Both the position numbers and the translations under genes were made by a program. From an uncultured delta proteobacterium (GTDB lineage Bacteria; Desulfobacterota; Binatia; Binatales; Binataceae), in the NCBI GenBank assembly GCA_963756155.1, contig CAVWMQ010000001.1:423592-487591 (forward strand): DNA of 64,000 nucleotides, in the 5' to 3' direction. The notes under the pieces are model-generated. The model had not been told where the DNA came from, ran no database searches, and saw nothing but the letters and a program-made list of their open reading frames with translations. Shown here in pieces: positions 18,349 through 26,304 of this stretch; within the stretch, counting starts at the first letter, position 1, and each line of letters starts with the position of its first letter.

Positions 18349-19539
18349 GTGCTTTTCGACATTTTCCGCCGAGACCAGAGGATTGACTTGATACGCAGCG
18401 CCGCGAGGCTGGTGATCGCGACGCTCATGATCGCCGCGATGCTTCCGGTGCCGCTGCGAGCCGCCGACCAACCCGCGACCTCCGCCGATTCCTCGGCGAG
18501 CAAAGCCGAACTGCTGCGCGACGTGATGCGCAAGTTCGCCGCCGGTCAGAAAATCCCTCCCGCCGAAATGCAGGAGTTCGTCAACGCGCAGAACGACGGC
18601 CTGATGAACGGCCCCGCGATCGGCGAGCCGGTTCCCGATTTCCATCTTCCCGACCAGAACGGCAAGGATTGGTCGCTCAATCAGCTGATGGGTCCCAAGG
18701 GCCTGCTGCTGGTCTTCACCCGGAGCGCCGACTGGTGCCCGTACTGCCGCACCCAGCTCGTCGAGCTCGAGCAGTCGCGCGCGGCATTCGCAAAACAGGG
18801 CGTCAAAATCGCCTCGATCAGCTACGACTCCGAGGCCGCACTCAAGCGCTTCGCCACCGCGCATCACATCGGCTATCCGATGCTCTCCGACCAGGGCAGC
18901 GCGGTGATCCGCAAATTTGGCATCCTCAATACCAACATCCCGAGCGACCACAAGTTCTACGGGATTCCGTTCCCCGGCGAGTACCTGATCGCACCCGACA
19001 CCATCGTGCGCGACAAACATTTCCTGCCCGACTTTCGCGATCGCGTGACCGCCTCCGAGGTGCTGCTCTACAATTTCGGCGCGGCGGCGGGAAATGATTC
19101 CACGAAGATCGGGACGGACGACGTGAAGGCGCTGGTCACGCTATCGGCCGATCATGCGGCCCCCGGCCACGAGCTGGGCATCGCGGTCGATTTCACGCTG
19201 CCGCCCGGCTCGCATCTGTACGGGCAGCCGCTGCCCGACAATTACATTCCACTCACTATCGCGTTGGCGCCGGAGCTGGTTGCAAATCAGAGGTTCGAGT
19301 TTCCCAAGGCGACGCCGATCAAGTTCGCCGCGCTCGGCGAGACGCTCCCCGCCTACACCGGCAAGTTCCGCGCGACCGGCCGCGTGCTGGTCAAGTCGGA
19401 CTTGAAGCCCGGCGACTACCAGCTCGAAGGGACGCTCCATTTCCAGGAGTGCAACGATCAGATCTGCAAGCTCCCGCAGACGCTACCCTTCGCGATGCCG
19501 CTTAAGATCGATCCGATGCAATTCCCGCCTGACCGTTAG
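18349..19539 (+). CDS. Secreted thiol-disulfide oxidoreductase: redoxin (AhpC/TSA-like) domain fused to a C-terminal DsbD-alpha-like domain
   Basis: GTG start with GGAGG 8 nt upstream. Signal-like N-terminus. Redoxin segment FTRSADWCPYCRTQLVELEQ…KIASISYDS. C-terminal roughly 140 aa (HLYGQPLPDNYIPLTIA…FQECNDQICKLPQTLPF) resembles the N-terminal immunoglobulin-like domain of DsbD with its Cys pair. Confidence 0.65.
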   Translation: MLFDIFRRDQRIDLIRSAARLVIATLMIAAMLPVPLRAADQPATSADSSASKAELLRDVMRKFAAGQKIPPAEMQEFVNAQNDGLMNGPAIGEPVPDFHLPDQNGKDWSLNQLMGPKGLLLVFTRSADWCPYCRTQLVELEQSRAAFAKQGVKIASISYDSEAALKRFATAHHIGYPMLSDQGSAVIRKFGILNTNIPSDHKFYGIPFPGEYLIAPDTIVRDKHFLPDFRDRVTASEVLLYNFGAAAGNDSTKIGTDDVKALVTLSADHAAPGHELGIAVDFTLPPGSHLYGQPLPDNYIPLTIALAPELVANQRFEFPKATPIKFAALGETLPAYTGKFRATGRVLVKSDLKPGDYQLEGTLHFQECNDQICKLPQTLPFAMPLKIDPMQFPPDR

Positions 19540-19561
19540 GCTGTGGCAGACCTCCGCAGCA

Positions 19562-19580
19562 GGGGCTGACCCCGCACCCA
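19562..19580. repeat. Imperfect direct repeat copy 1 (GGGGCTGACCCCGCACC), partner at 19980..19998
   Basis: 15 of 17 identical to GGGACTGACCCTGCACC at 19980. The two copies bracket the regulator gene remnant 19655..19972. A CAGCAG hexamer precedes copy 1 and follows copy 2. Confidence 0.5.
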
Positions 19581-19654
19581 GTACCACTTCGGAAGGGAAT
19601 GAAGCGGCCGAACATGTATTCACTCTTACGAGCGAACAACAACTCCCCCAATCT

Positions 19655-19972
19655 GTGGCCTTCGAAGAGATTGGAGAACATCAATTCTTTTTGCCTGCCG
19701 TGCTGTGGTGGAGAGGCGAATTGCATCTGTGGCGCGGCGATCAAGTTTCAGCGGATAGAGATTTTCGGGAGATGATCGCCGTTGCGCGGCGCATCGGTTC
19801 GAAAGCATACGAATTGCGCGCCACGACGAGCCTGGCGCGGCTGCTCGCCGAGCAGGGCAAGCGCGACGAGGCGCGTGCGATGCTCGCGGACATCTATAAC
19901 CAATTCACCGAAGGCTTCGACACCTCCGACCTGAACGACGCCAGGGCGCTGCTCGATGAGCTAGGGGAGTAA
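19655..19972 (+). pseudogene. Gene remnant: only the C-terminal roughly 105 aa of a large adenylate/guanylate-cyclase/ATPase/TPR-type (LuxR/SARP-like) regulator
   Basis: Sequence …ELRATTSLARLLAEQGKRDEARAMLADIYNQFTEGFDTSDLNDARALLDELGE is the very characteristic C-terminal tail of roughly 1000-aa regulators. No upstream body is present; the preceding gene ends at 19539. Confidence 0.55.
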
Positions 19973-19979
19973 CGCGGTA

Positions 19980-19998
19980 GGGACTGACCCTGCACCAG
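19980..19998. repeat. Imperfect direct repeat copy 2 (GGGACTGACCCTGCACC)
   Basis: See copy 1. Lies at the boundary where GC content drops to about 50%. Confidence 0.5.
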
Positions 19999-20022
19999 CA
20001 GATCGGTAACTCAGCCGCAATC

Positions 20023-20382
20023 TCACGGCACGCGCGGAGTATTCGCCGCTCCGAGGGTCTTCCGCGCCACATCAAATGCTTCCGATGCGGCGCGCCGACC
20101 CTCCAGAATGTCTTCGGCGGCTATGAGGAACTTTGACTCGATGTTCTGCGTCACACAAATATAGCGTCCGATCGTCAGAGTTTCTAGCTCTTCCAATTCA
20201 TCCTGCGTGAACACGGTTCGGAGCAGATTGAGTACATGGTCGTACTGCCACCAAGGTTGAAACTCCCCGTTCTGGCGACCGAAAGCGAGATGAAAGCCGA
20301 TGCTCCCAATAAATGCCTGATAGGCTTTGAATAAAGCATAGAGATATTCGCCGCTCACTAGGCGGGCCTTCTCCACGGGCAA
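20023..20382 (-). CDS. Hypothetical protein in the low-GC segment; possibly a longer gene starting at ATG 20500 with an internal frameshift
   Basis: ORF with a TTG start. An in-phase-shifted ATG ORF (MTDIVTTELYQQFFTYLAGSIPSIEELTEAFKRSIETAICP…) ends exactly where this ORF begins. GC about 50% versus about 68% in the flanks. Confidence 0.35.
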   Translation of the reverse strand: MPVEKARLVSGEYLYALFKAYQAFIGSIGFHLAFGRQNGEFQPWWQYDHVLNLLRTVFTQDELEELETLTIGRYICVTQNIESKFLIAAEDILEGRRAASEAFDVARKTLGAANTPRVP

Positions 20383-20475
20383 ATGGCCGTTTCAATGGAC
20401 CGTTTAAAGGCCTCGGTCAACTCCTCGATACTTGGAATCGATCCTGCCAAGTACGTGAAGAACTGTTGATATAGT

Positions 20476-20829
20476 TCAGTAGTCACGATGTCCGTCATTG
20501 CAATATGGGAGGGGCCTCAAGGTACGTCTGCGCGAGTGCATTCCATATTTTTGAATTGCAGCCAGTCGGTGTTCATTCGACGCGCGTCTTGCCTCTAGAA
20601 ATGCCGATGAAACCAGGTTCTGTTGAGTGTCGAGCGCATCGCCGAGACGCTTGAGTTCTTTTTCGTTATCGGTTCGCAGTTGCTCGAGTTTTACGTCGAA
20701 CGAATGCCGGATCGATTGGACAATCCATTCAGACACTGAACGGCGAAAGAGATAGATGAGGAGAGCGGTGACTGCACTGCTGCTGAGGAAACCCAAGAGC
20801 CATTTCAAAATGGACCTTATGATGGTCAC
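20476..20829 (-). CDS. Hypothetical membrane-anchored protein (N-terminal TM helix plus a coiled-coil-like region) in the low-GC segment
   Basis: GTG-start ORF. ILKWLLGFLSSSAVTALLIYLF hydrophobic segment, then KLEQLRTDNEKELKRLGDALDTQQ. Confidence 0.4.
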   Translation of the reverse strand: MTIIRSILKWLLGFLSSSAVTALLIYLFRRSVSEWIVQSIRHSFDVKLEQLRTDNEKELKRLGDALDTQQNLVSSAFLEARRASNEHRLAAIQKYGMHSRRRTLRPLPYCNDGHRDY

Positions 20830-20879
20830 CGAATCCGTGGGCAGGCTCCTAGGGAGATTGTCTATGAGGTCGTTAAGTT

Positions 20880-21421
20880 GATCCAGTACGGATTCGTCAA
20901 TCGAAACTCGCAGCGTGGACTAATTCCTCGCCAAACCGCGGGCTGCGCGAGTTCGGCCTGCTGATCGTGAGATTTGAACACCTCGGCACCGCTATAAACC
21001 TGCGGCCTATCGGTCAGCATCGCCTTCTCGAGCGCCTCGATCGAGCAGGCCGAGTAGTTGTTGATGATTAGATCAAAGTAGCTGCCAAAATACGGCGGGC
21101 TGGCAGGAGCAGATAATCCTCTGAAAGCGGTGTCAGTCGAAAGCGATCTCCTTGAAGGCGCACAAAACCTAGTGATGCGTTAACCGCGAGGATGGTTTCG
21201 GCGGGACGATGGGCGATCTTGAGTGCTTCGCAGATTTCCGCAAGGCTCCGAGGCTTCTCGTGCAATAGCGTAAAGAGTCCGAGCTTGTGCGCGAGCAGCA
21301 CGGCTGGACGGCCATAGACGCTGAAGATGACGTCCCAAAGCGGCTGGTCGCCGACGCGCGGCTTGCGAATCTTATCCGCCTTGGCCATCGATCGCTTCCT
21401 CCGAGTCACGGTTCGTCGCAT
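20880..21421 (-). pseudogene. O-methyltransferase-like gene remnant: N-terminal dimerisation/winged-helix domain only, frameshifted and truncated
   Basis: LWDVIFSVYGRPAVLLAHKLGLFTLL…SLAEICEALK…ETILAVNASLGFVRL…RLTPLSEDYLL matches the N-terminal domain of plant/bacterial O-methyltransferases. The reading continues in another frame (…SPPYFGSYFDLIINNY…) and ends near 20880. No SAM-binding domain is present. Confidence 0.5.
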
Positions 21422-21464
21422 GCGAGACGGTGGCGAAGCCCGAGGCCGGTCTTTCCGCGGCCTG

Positions 21465-22175
21465 CTAGCGCCGGTCTTCGACCTTCTCTACTTGCGGCGG
21501 CCCATGCGCGGAGGCGAACGACGCGAGTTGCGCGTCGCCGGCGATTTGGTGCGACAAGTCCTGCAGCGACGAGTCCAGCGGCGACTGAACCGCCTCGGTC
21601 AATTCGGCCAGGCCGTCCTGGTTGGCGATATATCCATGCACCGGAAGAAACGCATCGAGGCTCACGATGTCGACCGCCACCAGCGCCGCATGCTTCGGAC
21701 TCCACATCACCGGCTTCAGATGAATCTTCGCGACGCTGGTAACCTCGGACAAAATCTGGTTGGAGCGCGAATCTTCGAACGTGATCGTCACCCGGATATA
21801 CCCATCGAGGACCCCGTATGCGGGCGTGGTCGTGATGTCTTCCATCGCGACCAAGTCGCCGTCGCGCGCGGCGCTTTCGAGGTCCGGCGAATTCGCGACT
21901 TTCTGGAAGTTATTTTTCAGCACACTCTTGATCGCACCGCTGAGCGCGGGTTGCAGCACCACCGTGCAACTGTCCTCGCTGGTGCCGCATCCATACCATT
22001 GCAGGCCCGACGGCGGCGCCTCGAGCAGCGTTACGCTCGTCGCAATCGGCCGCGGCGAATCCGGCTGCTGGTGATAGAAGCTCGCGGGCATCGGGCCCGA
22101 GGTGTGAAAGCATCCTGCCGAGCCCAAGGGCAACAAGCCCAGGCCGGCCAGGATCGCGGTGCGAACGCGCGACAC
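21465..22175 (-). CDS. Putative lipoprotein (hypothetical)
   Basis: Signal peptide with lipobox (LGLLPLGSAGC). No recognisable domain. Confidence 0.5.
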   Translation of the reverse strand: MSRVRTAILAGLGLLPLGSAGCFHTSGPMPASFYHQQPDSPRPIATSVTLLEAPPSGLQWYGCGTSEDSCTVVLQPALSGAIKSVLKNNFQKVANSPDLESAARDGDLVAMEDITTTPAYGVLDGYIRVTITFEDSRSNQILSEVTSVAKIHLKPVMWSPKHAALVAVDIVSLDAFLPVHGYIANQDGLAELTEAVQSPLDSSLQDLSHQIAGDAQLASFASAHGPPQVEKVEDRR

Positions 22176-22246
22176 CCGAGTCTACTCGCCGAACCCGCGG
22201 TTCGACTCGACCGCCGTCCGCGCCCGGCGCCGCGAGACGCGGCGCT

Positions 22247-23446
22247 TCAGTTGAGCTTGTAGACCCGCGCGACGTTCTCCCCCAAAATCGCGCGGCGCCC
22301 CGAGTCCTTCATCGGCGCGATCATGCCCTCGAGTTCCTCGAGATAGTTCCCCGGATGATCGGGATGCGGATAGTCGCTGGCCCAGAAAAATTTATCCTCC
22401 CCCACAATTCCCATCAGCGCCGCGATCGTGCGCTCGTCAGGGTCGGCGGAGATATAGCACTGACGGCGGAAATAATACGATGGCTTCTCTTTGAGCCTGA
22501 CGGTCGCCCCCAGCGTGGTGCCGGAGTAGATTGCATCGCCGCGATCGAGAAAGTAGCCGATCCATCCGGCCTGCGATTCCAGCACAATCGTGCGCAGCTT
22601 CGGAAAGCGATCGAATACGCCGTACTGGAAGAAGGTTCCGAACGCATGCTGCACGCCCTGGCCGGCGAACAGATCGTAATACCACGACGCCCACGCGAAA
22701 TTATCGTAGCGATGATGAATTCCGAACTCGCGCGGCTCGAAGGTCGGATGAATCGCGAACGGCACGTCGAGATCCTGCGCCGCCGCGAACACCGCGTCGT
22801 GGCGCGGGTCGCCGTGCGGCACCCGCGAAATCGTGAACGGGCACACGAACGCGCCGCGGCATCCGTCCTTGACCGCGCGCTGCAGCTCGCGCGCCGCCTC
22901 GGCCGGATCACCCAGCGACAGATGCGCGATCGGGATCAGCCGGCCGCCGGAGTCGCGGCAGAAGTCCGCGATCCAGCGGTTGTAAGCGCGGCAGTATGCG
23001 GCCGACAGTTCCGGATCGAAGAGTTCGGCTTCCCAGAGCAGCCCGATGGTCGGATACAGAATCGCCCTGGCCATCTCCTCCCGATCGAGCAGCGCCAGGC
23101 GTTCTTTCATGTTCATAGTGCCGAACGCCGCGCCCTTCATGTAAGTGTCTTCGGGGCGCGGCTGGAAGCTGCGGATTTCCTCGGCCTTCAAGTTGCCGCG
23201 CATCACCATCTCGCGAAGTTTTTTCGAGTCCTCGACGCGCTTGCCCATTCCGCCGAGCGTGCCCAGCACCCCAGGCACCGTCATCTTGGCGCGCTGCCGA
23301 TCGATCTCCAGGTACTCGAAGCCGTCGTCGCCGACCCTGATGCGCATCGCGCGCTCGCGGTACTTGGGGTCGATATATTTCTCCCACAGGTCGGGCGGCT
23401 CGAGGATGTGTCCGTCGCAATCGATCACCATGTCTGTGGTCTTCAC
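22247..23446 (-). CDS. Amidohydrolase-2 family metal-dependent hydrolase/decarboxylase (ACMSD-like TIM barrel)
   Basis: MVIDCDGHILEPPDLWEKYIDPKYRERA… start and overall architecture typical of PF04909-type amidohydrolases. Confidence 0.7.
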   Translation of the reverse strand: MKTTDMVIDCDGHILEPPDLWEKYIDPKYRERAMRIRVGDDGFEYLEIDRQRAKMTVPGVLGTLGGMGKRVEDSKKLREMVMRGNLKAEEIRSFQPRPEDTYMKGAAFGTMNMKERLALLDREEMARAILYPTIGLLWEAELFDPELSAAYCRAYNRWIADFCRDSGGRLIPIAHLSLGDPAEAARELQRAVKDGCRGAFVCPFTISRVPHGDPRHDAVFAAAQDLDVPFAIHPTFEPREFGIHHRYDNFAWASWYYDLFAGQGVQHAFGTFFQYGVFDRFPKLRTIVLESQAGWIGYFLDRGDAIYSGTTLGATVRLKEKPSYYFRRQCYISADPDERTIAALMGIVGEDKFFWASDYPHPDHPGNYLEELEGMIAPMKDSGRRAILGENVARVYKLN

Positions 23447-23459
23447 GGCCTCTACTCCT

Positions 23460-24386
23460 CTAAAAGATCGCGAGCGGGTTTACCGGCGATGCGGTCCCTC
23501 TCTCGAGAATCAGCGGCGCCATCGTGAACAGGAACTGGTAGCGATTGTCCGCCGCCGCGACGTCCGCAACCGCGTCGAGGTCGGCGTTGTCGATCAGGTG
23601 GATGCCCATCATGACCAGCGTGCCAACGTGGATCGGCAGCGGGATGCCCTGGTAGCCGCTCGGCACGGCGTCGCTCACCGCGTCGCATCCGAGCACCGCA
23701 ATTTTGCGATCGTGGAGCCACGGCAGGCACTGCGCGTCGAGCCCCGGCATCCCCTCGCGAAATGGATCCCATCCGCCCTTCACCTTTCGCCGCGCCGAGC
23801 GCCCGGTGCGAAGCATCAGCACGTCACCCTCTTCGACGTGGACCTGCTGCGCTTTCTCCGCGGCCTCGAGGTCCTCGGGATAAATTCGATCGTTCGGCTC
23901 CAGCCATTCGATCTTTTTGAGCCTTGGGATGTCGAGCAGGATGCCGCGGCTGACAACCCCCGTGCGGGTCACGTCGATCGCGCATTTCTTCGCGCCGTGC
24001 GAGCCAACTTCCTTCGCATCGAAACCGTTGTACATCTTGCCCGCCCAGAACACGTGGCAGAGCGCGTCGAGATGGGTGTTGGCCATTCCGTGCGGCGCAA
24101 TCGCGAAGTAGTCGCCCGAGTACGGCATCGGCGTGGAGAGCGCGTCGTCGCCCGCTTGCACCATCAGATGGGTTACAGGATTCGGATTGTCGGCGGCGGG
24201 GATGGTCGCGAGCGGCAGCGCCATCGAAACGGTCTGGCCGCTCTGCACCAGCTTGGCCGCGGCGGCGCGTTTGGCGTCGGTGATGAAGTTGAGGGCGCCG
24301 CGCTCGTCCTCCTTACCCCATCGGCCCCAGTTGCTGATCTTGTCGAACAGTCCTATGACTTCCGCGGGGGTGAGCTTGGTTGGCAT
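23460..24386 (-). CDS. Cyclase-family protein (kynurenine formamidase/arylformamidase-like)
   Basis: GMANTHLDALCHVFWAGKMYNGF resembles the His-rich metal site of putative cyclases. ATG at 24386 is preceded by AAGGAGA, so it is preferred over the listed 24515. Confidence 0.7.
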   Translation of the reverse strand: MPTKLTPAEVIGLFDKISNWGRWGKEDERGALNFITDAKRAAAAKLVQSGQTVSMALPLATIPAADNPNPVTHLMVQAGDDALSTPMPYSGDYFAIAPHGMANTHLDALCHVFWAGKMYNGFDAKEVGSHGAKKCAIDVTRTGVVSRGILLDIPRLKKIEWLEPNDRIYPEDLEAAEKAQQVHVEEGDVLMLRTGRSARRKVKGGWDPFREGMPGLDAQCLPWLHDRKIAVLGCDAVSDAVPSGYQGIPLPIHVGTLVMMGIHLIDNADLDAVADVAAADNRYQFLFTMAPLILERGTASPVNPLAIF

Positions 24387-24480
24387 TGTGTCGTCTCCTT
24401 GCCGGGTTGCAGTGTCGGGCCGAAGCGCGAAAAATTCGTATAGCACAGGCCGCGCGCGAGCGAGTAACTGAACGCATGGT

Positions 24481-26037
24481 ATGCTGGCGCTTCGCCGAAG
24501 GAATCTTTTGGCCAACGATTACATCGAGGCGGCGCGCGCCTACCACGAAATAACCAAGCACTCGTATACGAGCGTCCGCAGCGCCGGTCACGCGCTCGAC
24601 TGGGACTCGAAGCCGCTCGCGTACAAAATTTATCCGGAGGCGGCGTCGCTCCTGCTGCCGCGCGACTTGAGCCTTTCCGCGATGCCCGCGCTGAGCGCGA
24701 TCGCGACCGACGCGCCCGCGGACTCGGCGGCGCCGCTCGGACTCGAGCAGCTCACGCGCATCCTGTTTTGCGCCGACGGTCTGACGCGCCGCAAGCGCGT
24801 CGGCAACGAGGACTATCACTTCCGCGCCGCGCCGTCCGCGGGCGCGCTCTATCCAATCGAGATTTATCTCGCCGCGGGCGAAGTCGACGGGCTGGAGGCG
24901 GGCCTTTACCACTTTTCGCCCGCCGATCTTAAGCTGCGCGGTCTGCGCCGCGGTGACGTGCGCGCGATACTCGCGCAAGCATCCGCGAATCGACCTTCGA
25001 TCGTTCACGCACGCGCGGCGCTGGTTCTCACCTCGATTTTCTGGCGCAGCGCATGGAAGTATCGCGCGCGCGCGTATCGATATTGTTTCTGGGATGCGGG
25101 CACGATGCTCGCGAACCTGTTCGCGGCCGCATCCGCCGACGCGGTTTCAGCCGAGGCGGTGACCGCGTTCACCGACGCTCCCGTAGAAGCGCTGCTTGGA
25201 ATCGACAGCGACCGCGAGGGAGTCGTCGCGATCGTCCCGCTCGGGAGCGGCGCGCGCGAGCCGGCGCCGCCGCCCGAAATCACGCCAATTCCGTTCGAGT
25301 CGATCGAGCTGTCACAGCGCGAAGTCGTCTACGACGACATCGTAAAGATGCATCGCGAGTCGCGGCTGGTCACCGAGGCGGAGGTCCGCGCCGTGTCCGA
25401 CGCGATGCTGCCACCATCGGCACCGTCATCCGCCACGCCGGCCCGCGCGTTGAAGTTCGACAGCGTCGCTCCCGCAGATGCGATGGGCCTGGGCGAGACG
25501 ATCCTGCGTCGCGGCTCGACCCGGACATTTGCGCGCGAAGCGATTTCCGCCGAGGAGCTCGCGGCGATCCTGGCGGCGTCCAGCGCGCATCCACGCGTGG
25601 ATTTCCCGCGTCTCACCGACACGTATCTGATCGTCAACGCAGTCGATGGGATGGAGCCGGGCGCATACTACTACGCGCCCGCCACCCGCGCCGCCGCGCC
25701 CGCCTTCGAGCTTGTCAACCTGGGCAACCTCCGCGCCCAGGCTGGCTACCTGTCCCTGGAGCAGCCGCTCGGGATGGATTGCTCTGTCCTGTTGGTTTAC
25801 ATGGCCGACCTGGAACGCGCGCTAGGCGCGCTCGGTAATCGCGGCTATGGCGACGCGCACCTCGAGGCGGGGATTCTCGCCGGGCGAGCGTATCTTTCCG
25901 CCTATGCGCTCGATCGCGGTGCGACCGGTCTCACTTTCTACGACGACGATACAACCCGCTTCTTCGAACCGCACGCGGCGGGCAAGAGTCCGCTGCTGAT
26001 GGTCGCGCTCGGCGTTCCTCTTGCCCGCTCTGCCTAG
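24481..26037 (+). CDS. SagB-type dehydrogenase domain protein (nitroreductase superfamily, tandem double-domain, 518 aa)
   Basis: N-terminal YHEITKHSY motif characteristic of SagB/ThcOx-type dehydrogenase domains. Two nitroreductase-like halves (…ADGLTRRKRVG…YHFRAAPSAGALYPIEIY… and …RGSTRTFAREAIS…). Confidence 0.6.
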   Translation: MLALRRRNLLANDYIEAARAYHEITKHSYTSVRSAGHALDWDSKPLAYKIYPEAASLLLPRDLSLSAMPALSAIATDAPADSAAPLGLEQLTRILFCADGLTRRKRVGNEDYHFRAAPSAGALYPIEIYLAAGEVDGLEAGLYHFSPADLKLRGLRRGDVRAILAQASANRPSIVHARAALVLTSIFWRSAWKYRARAYRYCFWDAGTMLANLFAAASADAVSAEAVTAFTDAPVEALLGIDSDREGVVAIVPLGSGAREPAPPPEITPIPFESIELSQREVVYDDIVKMHRESRLVTEAEVRAVSDAMLPPSAPSSATPARALKFDSVAPADAMGLGETILRRGSTRTFAREAISAEELAAILAASSAHPRVDFPRLTDTYLIVNAVDGMEPGAYYYAPATRAAAPAFELVNLGNLRAQAGYLSLEQPLGMDCSVLLVYMADLERALGALGNRGYGDAHLEAGILAGRAYLSAYALDRGATGLTFYDDDTTRFFEPHAAGKSPLLMVALGVPLARSA

Positions 26038-26304
26038 TGGCAAGCGTCCGCCTCCAATCTTGTGACTGAATATTGTGCGGATGCCCGCGCAGTGGGCATC
26101 GATCGTCGCGTCCCGAGCGACATTGCAGAATACAATTGCAGAATTCACGATGGCATTCTTCTTGCGCGATGCGGATGGTTCCCATGCTTACGATGGAAAG
26201 ACTCTAGGCCTTGAGACTGAGAAGAAATCAGCCTCGCGATCGAGGAGATCTTCTGACCGCGAAGACGTCCCGCTTCCAGAGAGCGGATACCGCAAGGAGG
26301 AGAA

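Noticed and set aside
22247-26037. TOMM-type RiPP cluster around the SagB-type dehydrogenase.
   Set aside because: No YcaO/E1-like cyclodehydratase and no convincing precursor peptide are present. The ORF 26075..26353 overlaps the permease start and looks like a leader artefact.
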